A DNA stretch of 64,000 nt from NCBI GenBank assembly GCA_044344255.1, contig JBIJDH010000005.1, positions 256,001-320,000 on the forward strand, written 5' to 3'. Shown in pieces: positions 31,037-40,723 of this stretch. Position 1 is the first letter of the stretch. Each line of letters opens with the position of its first letter. Origin of the DNA: Myxococcota bacterium (GTDB lineage Bacteria; Myxococcota_A; UBA796; UBA2385). Position numbers and translations under genes: made by a program. The notes under the pieces are model-generated. The model worked only from the letters and a program-made list of their open reading frames with translations, was not told the DNA's origin and did no database searches.

Positions 31037-32272
31037 ATGCCGCTGTCTGCAAAGAGCCAGCCCATCCAGTCGGCGGCCCGCACCCTGCTCGGTCGATTGG
31101 CGGGGAAGGCGCGGCCCCAGGGGGTGGTCGCCCTCTCGGAGGCGACAGAGGACGCCACCGTGGAGCGGGCCCAGGGCCGGGCTCGGAGCGAGATCGAGGT
31201 GATCCGACGGGAGCTCGTGGCGCGGAGAGAGGAGGTGGAGCGGGAGCAGGGGCGGCGAGAGGTCGCGCTCGGCGCGGCTCAGTCCGAGCTGGAGCTCGCC
31301 ACCCGACAGGCCCAGGCGGGGCGAGACACAGACGCCCTGCTCCAGCGCTTTGACCCCGGCCGCCGCATCGACGAGCTGCGGCAGGCCCTACTCCGCGACC
31401 GCCTCGACCGAGAGCTGCGCGGCCTCGTCCGCCTCACCGAGCGGACCGAGGGCGATCACCTCGTCTATTCACTCGATCCGGCCGTCGCCCCAGCGGTCGC
31501 GGGCCTGCTCGGTCAGGCCTTCGTCGACGGCCCCGACAGCTGGGCCCGCGTGGCGGCCGAGAGCCTCAACGCAGATCTCGGCATCCAGCTCCACCAGCAA
31601 GGGATGGGCCTCGAGCACGACGTCGAGACCCCGCTGCGGCCCGACAGCAGCCTGCCCCCAGAGCTGCGCTTCGGGCCGCCGGAGGGTGAGGGCCGCCCGT
31701 GGTGGCGAGAGCACCAATTGCCGCCGATGGAGCGGCGTCGGCCCATCCAGGCGCTGTGGCGGGAGGTTCTCTCCACGCTCCGCACGCAGACCTTCCTCGT
31801 CGCCAGCCTCGTCGGGCTCGCCCTGTCCAACGTGAAGTCCGGCACAGACGCGGCGATCGGTCGGGGTGGGATCTTCTTCGGCACCGCCCTCGCGATCCTG
31901 CCCGTGGTCATCTTGGAGACCGGCCGGCAGCGGCGGCAGCATGTCCTCCAGCAGCGAGAGGAGGTGGAGAAGCAGGTCACCGCCGAGCTCATCGCTTGGG
32001 CGGAGGGGCGGGTGATCCGCGGCGCGGCGCGGCTCAAGGACGACCTTGAGTGGCAGGTCCGTGTGCGCGCTCGGGCGGCCTTCATCCAGTGGTGGCGAGA
32101 GACACACGCCGCCCGCCTCCCGGCAGCGATCGAGCGAAAGAGGGAGCGAGAGGGTGCGCTCATCGCCAAGAAAGACGAGCTCCGCGCGCTCCAGTCCGAG
32201 CAGCGGGGGGTGTTCGAGTCTATCGACGCCCTCTCGGTGCTCCTCCGCCCGCGGGCGATCGACGGTGAATAG
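31037..32272 (+). CDS. Coiled-coil protein with central two-helix hydrophobic hairpin
   Basis: ATG just after the upstream stop; coiled coils flank 'TFLVASLVGLAL' and 'GIFFGTALAILPVVIL'. Confidence 0.7.
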   Translation: MPLSAKSQPIQSAARTLLGRLAGKARPQGVVALSEATEDATVERAQGRARSEIEVIRRELVARREEVEREQGRREVALGAAQSELELATRQAQAGRDTDALLQRFDPGRRIDELRQALLRDRLDRELRGLVRLTERTEGDHLVYSLDPAVAPAVAGLLGQAFVDGPDSWARVAAESLNADLGIQLHQQGMGLEHDVETPLRPDSSLPPELRFGPPEGEGRPWWREHQLPPMERRRPIQALWREVLSTLRTQTFLVASLVGLALSNVKSGTDAAIGRGGIFFGTALAILPVVILETGRQRRQHVLQQREEVEKQVTAELIAWAEGRVIRGAARLKDDLEWQVRVRARAAFIQWWRETHAARLPAAIERKREREGALIAKKDELRALQSEQRGVFESIDALSVLLRPRAIDGE

Positions 32273-32303
32273 GGTGGCCCGGACAGACGGACAGGAGTGA
32301 GCG

Positions 32304-33233
32304 ATGTCTACCTTCGCGGCGGCCCGCCTTCGAGCCCTCCCCGACGGTGAGCCGACCGCCGTGCTGCCCGGCGGCTTGATCGGCCGCCTGTCGAGCGCGG
32401 CCCTTCGCCTGTCGGACAGCGGCGTGTCGGAGGCGCACGCGATGGTCAGCCTGCGCGGCGGCGCGCTCTGGCTCCTCGGCCTCCGCGGCGCCCTCTCGCT
32501 GCGGCGGGCCGGTGGGGCGTCGCACCCTGAAGAGTGGCGGCGGGTCGCGGAGCTCGAGCTCGCGCCCGGGCAGCGGGTCCGCCTCGGTGAGCGCGCGATC
32601 ATCGAGGTCCTGGAGGTGGCGCTCCCCACGGCAGAGCTCACGCTCTGTCTGCCAGGCGGCGAAGTGGTGCCGCTCTCTCCCGAGCTCGCCCTCGCCGCGA
32701 GCCTGCTCGGGCCGCCCTTTGAGGTGACGCCGGGCTTTGTGCCAGGGGCGGTGCTCCGCCTCTTCAACCCGGGGGACGGGTGGTGCGCCGAGCACGCCGA
32801 CGGCCGTCAGGAGGAGCTCATCCCTCACAGCCGCCTGGAGGTGGCGGGGGCTTCGGTCGTGATCGGAGAGCGCCCCTTCGGCGGCGGCGGAGCCCCGACC
32901 CGCTCGGCGGCGCCCTCGCGGTCTTGCACCGTCGACTGGGAGGGCACTGTGCTGCGTGAGCGGGGCGGAGCGCGGCTGACCCTCCGGGGCAAGGCGAATG
33001 AGCTCGTCTGTGAGCTGTCGCTCGAACGACAGGCGTGGTCCGACAGCGACACCGTGGCCACCGCGATCTGGCCTGACGAGGCCGACCCAAAGAAGCTCAA
33101 CCAGCGATGGCACAAGACCCTGTGGACCCTGCGCCAGGCCCTCGTGAGCGCGGGCCTCCCGGATGACCTCGTGCTCACGGATTACCGACACGGCTATCGG
33201 CTCAATCGACAGGGCTGGATGATCTCACCCTGA
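32304..33233 (+). CDS. FHA-like domain protein with C-terminal winged-helix
   Basis: 'LIGR...VSEAHA' FHA-like G-R/S-x-x-H pattern; C-terminal 'IWPD...TLWTLRQAL...VLTDYRHGYRL' resembles OmpR-type wHTH; AGGAG RBS. Confidence 0.65.
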   Translation: MSTFAAARLRALPDGEPTAVLPGGLIGRLSSAALRLSDSGVSEAHAMVSLRGGALWLLGLRGALSLRRAGGASHPEEWRRVAELELAPGQRVRLGERAIIEVLEVALPTAELTLCLPGGEVVPLSPELALAASLLGPPFEVTPGFVPGAVLRLFNPGDGWCAEHADGRQEELIPHSRLEVAGASVVIGERPFGGGGAPTRSAAPSRSCTVDWEGTVLRERGGARLTLRGKANELVCELSLERQAWSDSDTVATAIWPDEADPKKLNQRWHKTLWTLRQALVSAGLPDDLVLTDYRHGYRLNRQGWMISP

Positions 33234-33271
33234 GCGCCCCGCGCTCCGACCGGCCTCGGCCACCCCCTCCC

Positions 33272-34348
33272 TCACTTCGGGCCCGGGCCCGCCCGGCGGC
33301 TCGCCTTCCCCGCTCCGCCGGCCTTGTCCGCTCCGCCCGGCGCCGCGGGGCGGCCGAGGCCCTCGATCTGGATGAGGTCCATCGTGGTCTCGAGGTCTTC
33401 GTTGCCGATCTGCTCGGCCTCGAGCACGCGGTCCTCGGCCTCCCGGCGCTCGGTCTCGATCTGGTCGGGCACGCCGCGGAAGAAGGCGTCGAAGACCATC
33501 TCATTGGCGTTGGCGCGCTCGGCGGCCTGCTCGAAGCGCGCGGCGACCTTGCGCATGCGGGCCGAGAAGCGGAGGAGGGTCTCGTTCTGAGACTTGCGGT
33601 CGGCCTGCGCGCCGCGGACCGAGCTCGGCAGGTGCATCGCGACGGGGTCGTCCTTGGGGTTCTCGGTGGCGAGGAGCTTCGCCTCGGTGTCGCCGCGGTC
33701 GGCGAGGGCGCGGAACGTGGTGGCGGCCTCGGTCATCCGGGCGGCGAGGTCGGGGCCGGTGCCGATCGCGCCGGGCTCGGCGACGGGGATGGCGCCGATG
33801 GGGGCAGGCACCGCCGAGGGGGTGATCGCAGGCGGGCTGTGGTCGCCGGGCGGCGGGAGCGCGGCGTCGGCGAACTCCGCGGCGGTCGCGGCGGCGGCGG
33901 CGGCGGCGGCGCGGGCCTGGGGGCCGGCCATCGGCAGGTCGCCGGAGGGGGGGACCCTGCGCTGCAGGATGACCATCGGCAGGTGGCCGCTGAGCACCAT
34001 CCGGCGCTGCCAGACGCGGTCGAGGTGGCGGCGGATGTCCTCGGTGCGACGGATGTTCTCGCTGCGCTCCAGGCGCCGCTCGAGCGTCTCTTGCGCGCTG
34101 TTCTTCTCCATCCGCAGCTCTTCGATCCGGGCGTCGAGCTTGGTTCGCCGCGCGGCCAGGGTCTTGCCGGCCACGAGGAGCTTCTGCTCGGCCTCGCGGT
34201 AGCGGCTGATCCAGCGGCGGATCTCGGTGCCGCCGTCGGCGTTCTCGCGGCCGAGGCGGGGGAGGACACCCCGGCGCAGGGCGACGCCGAGGCCGACGAC
34301 GGCCGCCAGGCCCGCTGCACCGATCAGGAGGAGGAGGGGGGTGTTCAC
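33272..34348 (-). CDS. Hypothetical membrane-anchored coiled-coil protein
   Basis: N-terminal TM, coiled coils, Ala/Pro linker; overlaps the kinase stop. Confidence 0.65.
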   Translation of the reverse strand: MNTPLLLLIGAAGLAAVVGLGVALRRGVLPRLGRENADGGTEIRRWISRYREAEQKLLVAGKTLAARRTKLDARIEELRMEKNSAQETLERRLERSENIRRTEDIRRHLDRVWQRRMVLSGHLPMVILQRRVPPSGDLPMAGPQARAAAAAAAATAAEFADAALPPPGDHSPPAITPSAVPAPIGAIPVAEPGAIGTGPDLAARMTEAATTFRALADRGDTEAKLLATENPKDDPVAMHLPSSVRGAQADRKSQNETLLRFSARMRKVAARFEQAAERANANEMVFDAFFRGVPDQIETERREAEDRVLEAEQIGNEDLETTMDLIQIEGLGRPAAPGGADKAGGAGKASRRAGPGPK

Positions 34349-36150
34349 GGGCCCTCGCCGAGGGGGAGCTCCAGGTGGAAGGTGCTCCCCTGGCCGGGCG
34401 AGCTCTCACAGGAGAGCGTCCCGCCGACGTCCTCGATCTCCTGCCGGCTTATCGCGAGGCCGAGCCCTGTGCCGTAGGCCTTGGTCGTGTAGAAGGGCTC
34501 GAAGGCGCGCCGGGCCTCGTCGGCCCCGAGGCCAGGGCCGTCGTCGTGGACATCGATGTAGACGCGGTCGGCCTCGCGGCGGTGATGAATGCGCAGGGAG
34601 GTGGCCCCGGCCTCCATCGCGTTGCGGATGAGGTTGTGGAGCGTGCGGCGGAGGGCCTCGGCGTCGATCTCCACCACGCCGACCCGGCCCTCGACCGCGG
34701 CGCGCACGCCGGCCCTGCGGAGGGCCTCCTCCTCGAGGCGGAGCAGCTCGCGGCTGATCTCGAGGGGATCGGCGAGGCCGAGCTCGGGGCGCCGCCCCCG
34801 GGAGAGCTCGAGGTAGCGGCCGGTCAGCGCCTCGAGGCGCCGGATCTGAGCGGTGATGATCGCGAGCATGTCGCGGTGCTCGCCCTCCTTCAGCTCCTCG
34901 GTGAGCAGCTCGGCGTGCAGGCTCATCGCGTTCAAGGGGTTTCGGACCTCGTGGGTGATCTGCGCCAGCATCTGCCCCACGACGGCGAGGCGCTCGCTGC
35001 GGGCCAGGCGGTCCTGGTCGCGGAGGCGCTCGGTGACGTCCTCGCCCACGATCAGGGCGCCGCGCTCGCCGAAGGGCACGACCTCGACGTCGAAGCGGCG
35101 GTCGCCGTCGGGCAAGGAGTCGGCCCGCCCGGGGCTCAGCGAGGCGAGCAGCGGCGGCAAGGGCGCCCCCTCCTTCACGCCCCAGAGGCGGGCCGCGGCG
35201 GGGTTCGACATCGCCGCCACGCCCTCCTCCACCACGACGAGGCCGGCGTGGATGGTGTCGAGCACGCGGCGGAGGCGGAGGGAGAGGTGGTCGAGCGCCC
35301 GGGCGCGCTCGGTGAGCCTGCGGTCACGCTCGGAGACCGCCTCGGCCATCGTGTTGAACTCGCGGGCCAGCAGGCTCAGCTCGCCCGTGCCGCCCACGTC
35401 GAGGCGACCGGCGGTCTGACCGGCGGCGAGGCGCTGCACCTGCGCGGTCAGGAGCCCGATCGGCCGCAGCGAGAACAGCGCCACCGCCGCCATCGCCCCC
35501 GAGAGCAGGGTGGCCAGCGCCGCCAGGGCGCCGCTCCCGGTGTAGGCCCGCCCCTGCGCGCGGGCGGTGGCGGCGGACACCGTCTGGATGCGCCCCTCGA
35601 CGAGGTCCGAGAGGTGACCGACCTGCAGGAGGAGCTCGGCACGACGGGTGTCGAGCGCGGCCTGGGCGCGCCGGTCTTCGGGGCGGTGCCCCTCGTCAGC
35701 GCTGTGGCTCGAGGCGTCGAGCCAGCGGCCGAAGGCCTCCTCGTAGGCGGCGCGGCGGGCGTCGATGTCGGAGAGCACGAGCGCCAGCGAGCTCAAGGCC
35801 TGCTGCTCGTCCGTGTCGGTGAGCTGGGCCTGCGCCCCCTCGAGGGTGAGGAGCCCCTGCTCGACCGCGTCGTGGACGGCCGCGCTGTAGAGGGCGGCGT
35901 TGCTGCGGTGGCCGGAGAGGGGGCGGGGCTCCTCGCGGGCGATGCGGTCGTGGTCGCGGTCCATCTGCCGCACCACCGCCTCGAGCTCGGCGGCGGTGCG
36001 GGCCAGCGGCAGGTAGCCGGTGTCGAGCGCGGCGAGGCCGTCGCCGATGTGCCGCAGCTGCACGAGGCCGTAGCCGAGCGAGCCCGCGAAGGCGGACAGC
36101 GAGAGGACGAAGGCCCCGAGGATGCGGGTGCGGATGGTGGGGGAGCTCAC
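34345..36150 (-). CDS. HAMP-domain sensor histidine kinase
   Basis: 2 TMs, HAMP, H-box 'THEVRNPLN', 'NLIRNA', 'DDGPG', 'FEPFYTTK..GTGLGL'. Confidence 0.93.
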   Translation of the reverse strand: MSSPTIRTRILGAFVLSLSAFAGSLGYGLVQLRHIGDGLAALDTGYLPLARTAAELEAVVRQMDRDHDRIAREEPRPLSGHRSNAALYSAAVHDAVEQGLLTLEGAQAQLTDTDEQQALSSLALVLSDIDARRAAYEEAFGRWLDASSHSADEGHRPEDRRAQAALDTRRAELLLQVGHLSDLVEGRIQTVSAATARAQGRAYTGSGALAALATLLSGAMAAVALFSLRPIGLLTAQVQRLAAGQTAGRLDVGGTGELSLLAREFNTMAEAVSERDRRLTERARALDHLSLRLRRVLDTIHAGLVVVEEGVAAMSNPAAARLWGVKEGAPLPPLLASLSPGRADSLPDGDRRFDVEVVPFGERGALIVGEDVTERLRDQDRLARSERLAVVGQMLAQITHEVRNPLNAMSLHAELLTEELKEGEHRDMLAIITAQIRRLEALTGRYLELSRGRRPELGLADPLEISRELLRLEEEALRRAGVRAAVEGRVGVVEIDAEALRRTLHNLIRNAMEAGATSLRIHHRREADRVYIDVHDDGPGLGADEARRAFEPFYTTKAYGTGLGLAISRQEIEDVGGTLSCESSPGQGSTFHLELPLGEGP

Positions 36151-36159
36151 GGGGCGAGC

Positions 36160-36783
36160 TTACTCCGCCACCCTCCAGGCGTTGGCCGTCCCGGTGGCCG
36201 TCGGCGCGCGCCCCTCGTTGAGCACGAGGGTGACCGAGTCGCCACCCGCCAGGGTGAGGGTGCCGCGGTTCCAGATGTTCTGGAGGTCGCCGCTGCGGAT
36301 CTCGACCGCGTGCGCACCCACGGGGACGCCGTCGAGGCGCACGGCGTAGGTGGGGCCCACGGCGAGGAGCCGCTTTCCATCGAGGAGGATCGCGAAGCGC
36401 TGCCCGGGGGTGGGCTTGAGCTCGACCACCGGCGCGGCCTCCTCGCCCTCGGCGGGGGCCGGCGGCACGAGGACGTCGGTGCTCAGCTTCTTGTCGGCGA
36501 CCAGCAGGCGCAGGTTCCCGGTGGAGGGGAGGTTGAAAGAGTGCTCCCGCTTGTCCTTCTTCTGGGTGACCTGGGCGACATGAGGCCCCGCGGAGAGGCC
36601 CTCGACTGCCACCATCATCGGCGCCCACAGCGTGAGCAGGGGCTCGTCGTCGAGACGGACCTCCGCCGGGCCGAGGGCGTCGACGATCAGGGTGCCCGCC
36701 TCGGCGGTGCCGACCGGCGCGGAGAGCGCCACAAGGAGGACGGTGAGGAGGGCACGGGAGAGAGGGGCAGGGGCGAGAAGCAT
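36160..36783 (-). CDS. Secreted beta-rich protein (two PEGA-like repeats)
   Basis: Signal peptide 'AEA'; repeated 'LDD/LDG...GLSAGPH/GVPVGAH'. Confidence 0.55.
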   Translation of the reverse strand: MLLAPAPLSRALLTVLLVALSAPVGTAEAGTLIVDALGPAEVRLDDEPLLTLWAPMMVAVEGLSAGPHVAQVTQKKDKREHSFNLPSTGNLRLLVADKKLSTDVLVPPAPAEGEEAAPVVELKPTPGQRFAILLDGKRLLAVGPTYAVRLDGVPVGAHAVEIRSGDLQNIWNRGTLTLAGGDSVTLVLNEGRAPTATGTANAWRVAE

Positions 36784-36919
36784 GGGCGCTCCGAGGGCGG
36801 GCCTCGTAATCCCTCCCCGTAATCCCTCCCGCCGCGCCGGCCACGGGCGCCCGCCCGCCCGCGCCTCGGGGTGCCTGGGTGAGCGAGCGGGATATCAGGC
36901 CCTACCTTTTGGGAGCCTC

Positions 36920-38197
36920 ATGGCCTCGTCCGCCCCGTCTGTCTCTTCCGGTTCTGTTCAGGCGCTCGTCGAGCATCGTCTCGGCAACGGGCTCCGCCTC
37001 GTCCTCCAGCCGGACAAGAGCGTGCCGATCGTCGGCCTCGCGCTCTACTACGACGTGGGCAGCCGCAACGAGGAGCCGGGCCGCACGGGTTTTGCTCACC
37101 TCTTCGAGCACATGATGTTCCAGGGGTCGGCGAACGTGCCCAAGAACGGGCACTTCCAGCACATCCTCGGCTGGGGCGGGCAGGTCAACGGCACGACGAG
37201 CCAGGACCGCACCAACTACTACTGCTCGCTGCCCTCGCACCAGCTCGGGCTCGGCCTCTGGTTGGAGGCCGACCGGATGCGCACCCTCGCCGTCACGCCG
37301 GAGAACGTCGAGAACCAGCGACAGACGGTGATGGAGGAGCGCCGCCAGCGCGTGGATGACGCCCCCTATGGGCAGGCCTCTGTTCGGATCGGCGAGCTCT
37401 CGTACCGCTGCTTCGCTTACGCCCACCCCGTCATCGGCTACTGGGATGACCTCCACGCCGCCACCCTCGACGACGTGGTCGCCTTCCACGCGCGCTGGTA
37501 CCGCCCCGACAACGCCGTGCTTGCGCTCACCGGAGATCTCGACCCCGACGAGGCGATCGCGCAGGTGGAGGCCCTCTTCGGCGACATCGCCCCCGGCGGT
37601 CCGCGCCCCAGCCCCGACCTCGGCGAGCCCCTGCGCACCAGCGCCGTGAAGGAGCGGATCACCGACCCCCTCGCGCGCCTCCCCGCCGTGATGGTCAACC
37701 ACCTCGCGCCGGACTTCGACCACCCCGACTTCTACACCTACGAGCTCATCGAGACGCTGCTCTTCCAGGGCACCTCGAGCCGGGTCCATCGGCGCATCGT
37801 GCTCGAAGAGGCGGCGGCCGTGCAGGTGAGCGGCGGCTACGACTGCCACCGCGGGCCGAGCTCCTTCGGCCTCTTCGCGGCGGTCGCGGCGGGCGGGGAT
37901 CTGGATCGGGTGGTCGCGCTCTACCAGGAGGAGCTCGACCGCATCGCCACCGAGCCCGTCCCCGACCGCGAGATCGAGAAGGCCCTGAACCAGCTCCGCT
38001 CGGGGCGGGTCTTCGGGCTGGAGAACGTGCTCGGTCGGGCGTTACAGCTCGGTCGTTCGGTGCTGTACCACCAGGACGCCGCCTGGGAGGAGCGCTACCT
38101 CGACCGCGTGGCGGCCGTCACCCGCGCCGACATCCTCCGCGTCGCCGCCCGCGACTTCTCCGCTCCCCGGGTGGAGCTCCAGGTGGTGCCCGCATGA
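36920..38197 (+). CDS. M16 (pitrilysin-family) zinc peptidase, catalytic subunit
   Basis: 'GFAHLFEHMMFQG' HxxEH, 'EADRM', 'WYRPDNA'. Confidence 0.93.
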   Translation: MASSAPSVSSGSVQALVEHRLGNGLRLVLQPDKSVPIVGLALYYDVGSRNEEPGRTGFAHLFEHMMFQGSANVPKNGHFQHILGWGGQVNGTTSQDRTNYYCSLPSHQLGLGLWLEADRMRTLAVTPENVENQRQTVMEERRQRVDDAPYGQASVRIGELSYRCFAYAHPVIGYWDDLHAATLDDVVAFHARWYRPDNAVLALTGDLDPDEAIAQVEALFGDIAPGGPRPSPDLGEPLRTSAVKERITDPLARLPAVMVNHLAPDFDHPDFYTYELIETLLFQGTSSRVHRRIVLEEAAAVQVSGGYDCHRGPSSFGLFAAVAAGGDLDRVVALYQEELDRIATEPVPDREIEKALNQLRSGRVFGLENVLGRALQLGRSVLYHQDAAWEERYLDRVAAVTRADILRVAARDFSAPRVELQVVPA

Positions 38198-39585
38198 GCC
38201 TGTCCTCCTCCGAAGCCCGCCCCGCCCCGCCCTTCCCGACCTCCCCGCCCGAGGGCGGCTCGCCGCGCCCCTGGTCCTTCCCTGCGCTCAGCCGCCGCAT
38301 CCTCGACAACGGGCTCGAGCTCTGCGCCGTGCGCATCCCCACCCTGCCGATGGTGCAGGTGCGGTGGACCTTCCGAGGGGGGCGCCTCCAGGAGCGCCCC
38401 TCGCCGCCGGGCACGGCGCGGCTGCTCGGGCAGCTCGCCCGTTACGGCACGCCGCGTTGGACGGCCCATGAGCTGGCCGATCACCTCGACTTCCTCGGCG
38501 TGCGGCTCCGCTGCTCGGTGACGACGGACAGCCTGTCCAACACGGTCACCGCCCTCTCGCACCAGTTGGAGGAGGCCCTCGACGTCCTCGACGAGGTGAC
38601 GCTCCGGCCCACCATCCCCGAGGGGGAGCTTCAGCGCGAGCGGGCCAAGGCCCTCGAGCTGCACCGCCACGACCTCTCCGAGCCCGATCACCTCGTCAAC
38701 CTGTGGCTCTCCCACCTCGTCTTCGGTGACCACGCCTACGGTCGCCCCAGCGCGACGGCGGCCGGCCTCGCCGCCGTGAGCCGGGAGGACATCCTCGGCT
38801 TGCTCGGGCGGGTGCTGCGCCCGGATCAGGGCATGCTGCTCGTCGTCGGAGACATCGATCCAGACGCCGTCATCGAGCGGCTCACCCTGCGCCACGCGGG
38901 CATGGCGCGCCCCACGACGCCGCTCCCGGTCCCCGGCGCCTGGCCGGCGGCGGGGCGCCGCGTGCTGGTGGTCGACCGCCCCGGCTCCGAGCAGGTGAGC
39001 ATCGGCTTCGGGAAGACCTCGATCTCCCGGTTACACCCCGACTACCTCGCGCTGCGCCTCGCCAACCAGGTGCTCGGCGGCGGCGCCTCCTCGCGGCTCT
39101 TCCTCGAGCTCCGGGAGCGCCGCTCGCTCACCTATGGTGTGTATTCGAGCTTTGAGCCCGGCCTCTACGGGGGTGAATTCACCGCCTCCTTGTCCACCGC
39201 CCCCCAGAAGGCCGCCCTCGCGGTGAGCAGCCTGATGGGCGAGCTCGAGCGCTTCGTCGCCGAGCCCATCCCGGCGGCGGAGATCGAGGAGGCCCGACGC
39301 ACGCTCATCGGGTCCTTCCCGCAGCGGGCCACCGGCGTGAGCGGCGTGGGCGGCCTCGTCGCGGGGGCCTGGCTGCACGGCCTGCCGGCGACGGTCTGGT
39401 CGACCTACCTCACCGAGATGGACGCCGAGCCCGTGGAGTCGGTGCAGGCGGCGGCCCGGGCCTGGCTCCGCCCCGATGACGGCTGCCTCGTGCTCGTCGG
39501 CCCCGGTGAGCTCTGTCGGGAGGCCGCGGCCCCCTACGGCGCGGTGGAGGAGCGGACGGCCGAAGAGCTCGGCTTCGAGGGCTGA
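38194..39585 (+). CDS. M16 family peptidase, non-catalytic partner subunit
   Basis: 'LDNGL', 'LGGGASSRLFLELRERRSLTYG'; lacks HxxEH; ATGA overlap. Confidence 0.88.
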   Translation: MSLSSSEARPAPPFPTSPPEGGSPRPWSFPALSRRILDNGLELCAVRIPTLPMVQVRWTFRGGRLQERPSPPGTARLLGQLARYGTPRWTAHELADHLDFLGVRLRCSVTTDSLSNTVTALSHQLEEALDVLDEVTLRPTIPEGELQRERAKALELHRHDLSEPDHLVNLWLSHLVFGDHAYGRPSATAAGLAAVSREDILGLLGRVLRPDQGMLLVVGDIDPDAVIERLTLRHAGMARPTTPLPVPGAWPAAGRRVLVVDRPGSEQVSIGFGKTSISRLHPDYLALRLANQVLGGGASSRLFLELRERRSLTYGVYSSFEPGLYGGEFTASLSTAPQKAALAVSSLMGELERFVAEPIPAAEIEEARRTLIGSFPQRATGVSGVGGLVAGAWLHGLPATVWSTYLTEMDAEPVESVQAAARAWLRPDDGCLVLVGPGELCREAAAPYGAVEERTAEELGFEG

Positions 39586-39595
39586 CCGCGCGGCC

Positions 39596-40723
39596 ATGCG
39601 CATCCTGCACCTCTACCGGCCGCGCCTCCCCGGACAGCGGGCGCAGGCCATCCAGGTGGTGCACGCCTGCGAGGCCTTCGCGCGCCGGGGCCACACGGTC
39701 ACCCTGCTCGCCGACCGCGGGGAGGGCGACCTCGCGGAGTGTGTCTTCGCGGAGGCGGCCACCCCCTTCGGGCTCACGCTGCCCGAGGGCTTTGAGCTGC
39801 AGATCGCGCCCACCGCCCACCCGGGCCTCGCCGGGCTCTGGTTCCGCGCCGGGGTGGCCCGCTGGTGGTGGGGGCCGCCCGGCGGGGTGGTCTACGCGCG
39901 GGACAAGCGGCGCCTGCGCGAGCTCCTCCGCTTCGCCGCCGCGACCGGCAGCCGCGGGCGCCACCGGGTCGTCCTCGAGGCCCATGAGCTCGACCAGGCC
40001 CTCGCGGCCGAGGGTGGGCGGCCCACCGCTGACATCGCGGCGCTGGAGCGCGACGTCCTCAGCGGCATCGACGCCCTCGTGACGAACTGTGGCGGCACGA
40101 TGCGGGCCTGGGAGGTGGCCTGGGGCCCGCGGCTGCCGGCTGCGCGGCGGGTGGTCCACAACGCCACGGCCCCCTCGCGCCGGCGGGAGGCGGTGGCCGA
40201 GCCAGAGCCGGTCGTGCGCTGCGTCGGCGGGCTCCGCCGCTACAAGGGCCCCGATCTGCTGCGGCTCGCCGCCGCCACGCTGCCCTTCCCGGTCGAGCTG
40301 GTGGGCGGGGATGAGGCCGAGCGGAGCGCGGTGGGGGAGGGGCCGGGCGGCCTGCGCCTGCGCCCGCCGGTGGCCTTCACGGCGGTCCCCGACCTGCTGG
40401 CCCGGAGCCGCGTCCTCGTGCTGCCGCTCAAGGACAACCTCTTCGGGCGAGAGCTCACGAGCCCGCTCAAGCTGTGGGACTACCTCGCGACGGCCGTGCC
40501 CATCGTCGCCCCCGACCTCCCCACCGTGCGCGAGATCGCGGCGCTCACCGGGGCCCAGCTGCACACCCACCGCCCGGGTGACCCCCTCGACCTCGCTCGG
40601 GCGATCATGCAGGCCTGGTCAGCGTCCCCGCGGAGCCCGACGCTGCGGAGCTGGGGTGAGCGGGCCACCGAGATCGAGGCCCTGCTGGGGATCGAGCCCC
40701 TGCTCGAGGGTGAGGCCCCGTGA
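39596..40723 (+). CDS. Glycosyltransferase family 4
   Basis: 'MRILHL', 'YKG', 'TSPLKLWDYLA...PIVAPDLP'. Confidence 0.85.
   Translation: MRILHLYRPRLPGQRAQAIQVVHACEAFARRGHTVTLLADRGEGDLAECVFAEAATPFGLTLPEGFELQIAPTAHPGLAGLWFRAGVARWWWGPPGGVVYARDKRRLRELLRFAAATGSRGRHRVVLEAHELDQALAAEGGRPTADIAALERDVLSGIDALVTNCGGTMRAWEVAWGPRLPAARRVVHNATAPSRRREAVAEPEPVVRCVGGLRRYKGPDLLRLAAATLPFPVELVGGDEAERSAVGEGPGGLRLRPPVAFTAVPDLLARSRVLVLPLKDNLFGRELTSPLKLWDYLATAVPIVAPDLPTVREIAALTGAQLHTHRPGDPLDLARAIMQAWSASPRSPTLRSWGERATEIEALLGIEPLLEGEAP

Noticed and set aside
22396..33233. Prophage, IS or integrative element
   Set aside because: No integrase, transposase, phage structural gene, tRNA or att-like repeat recognised.
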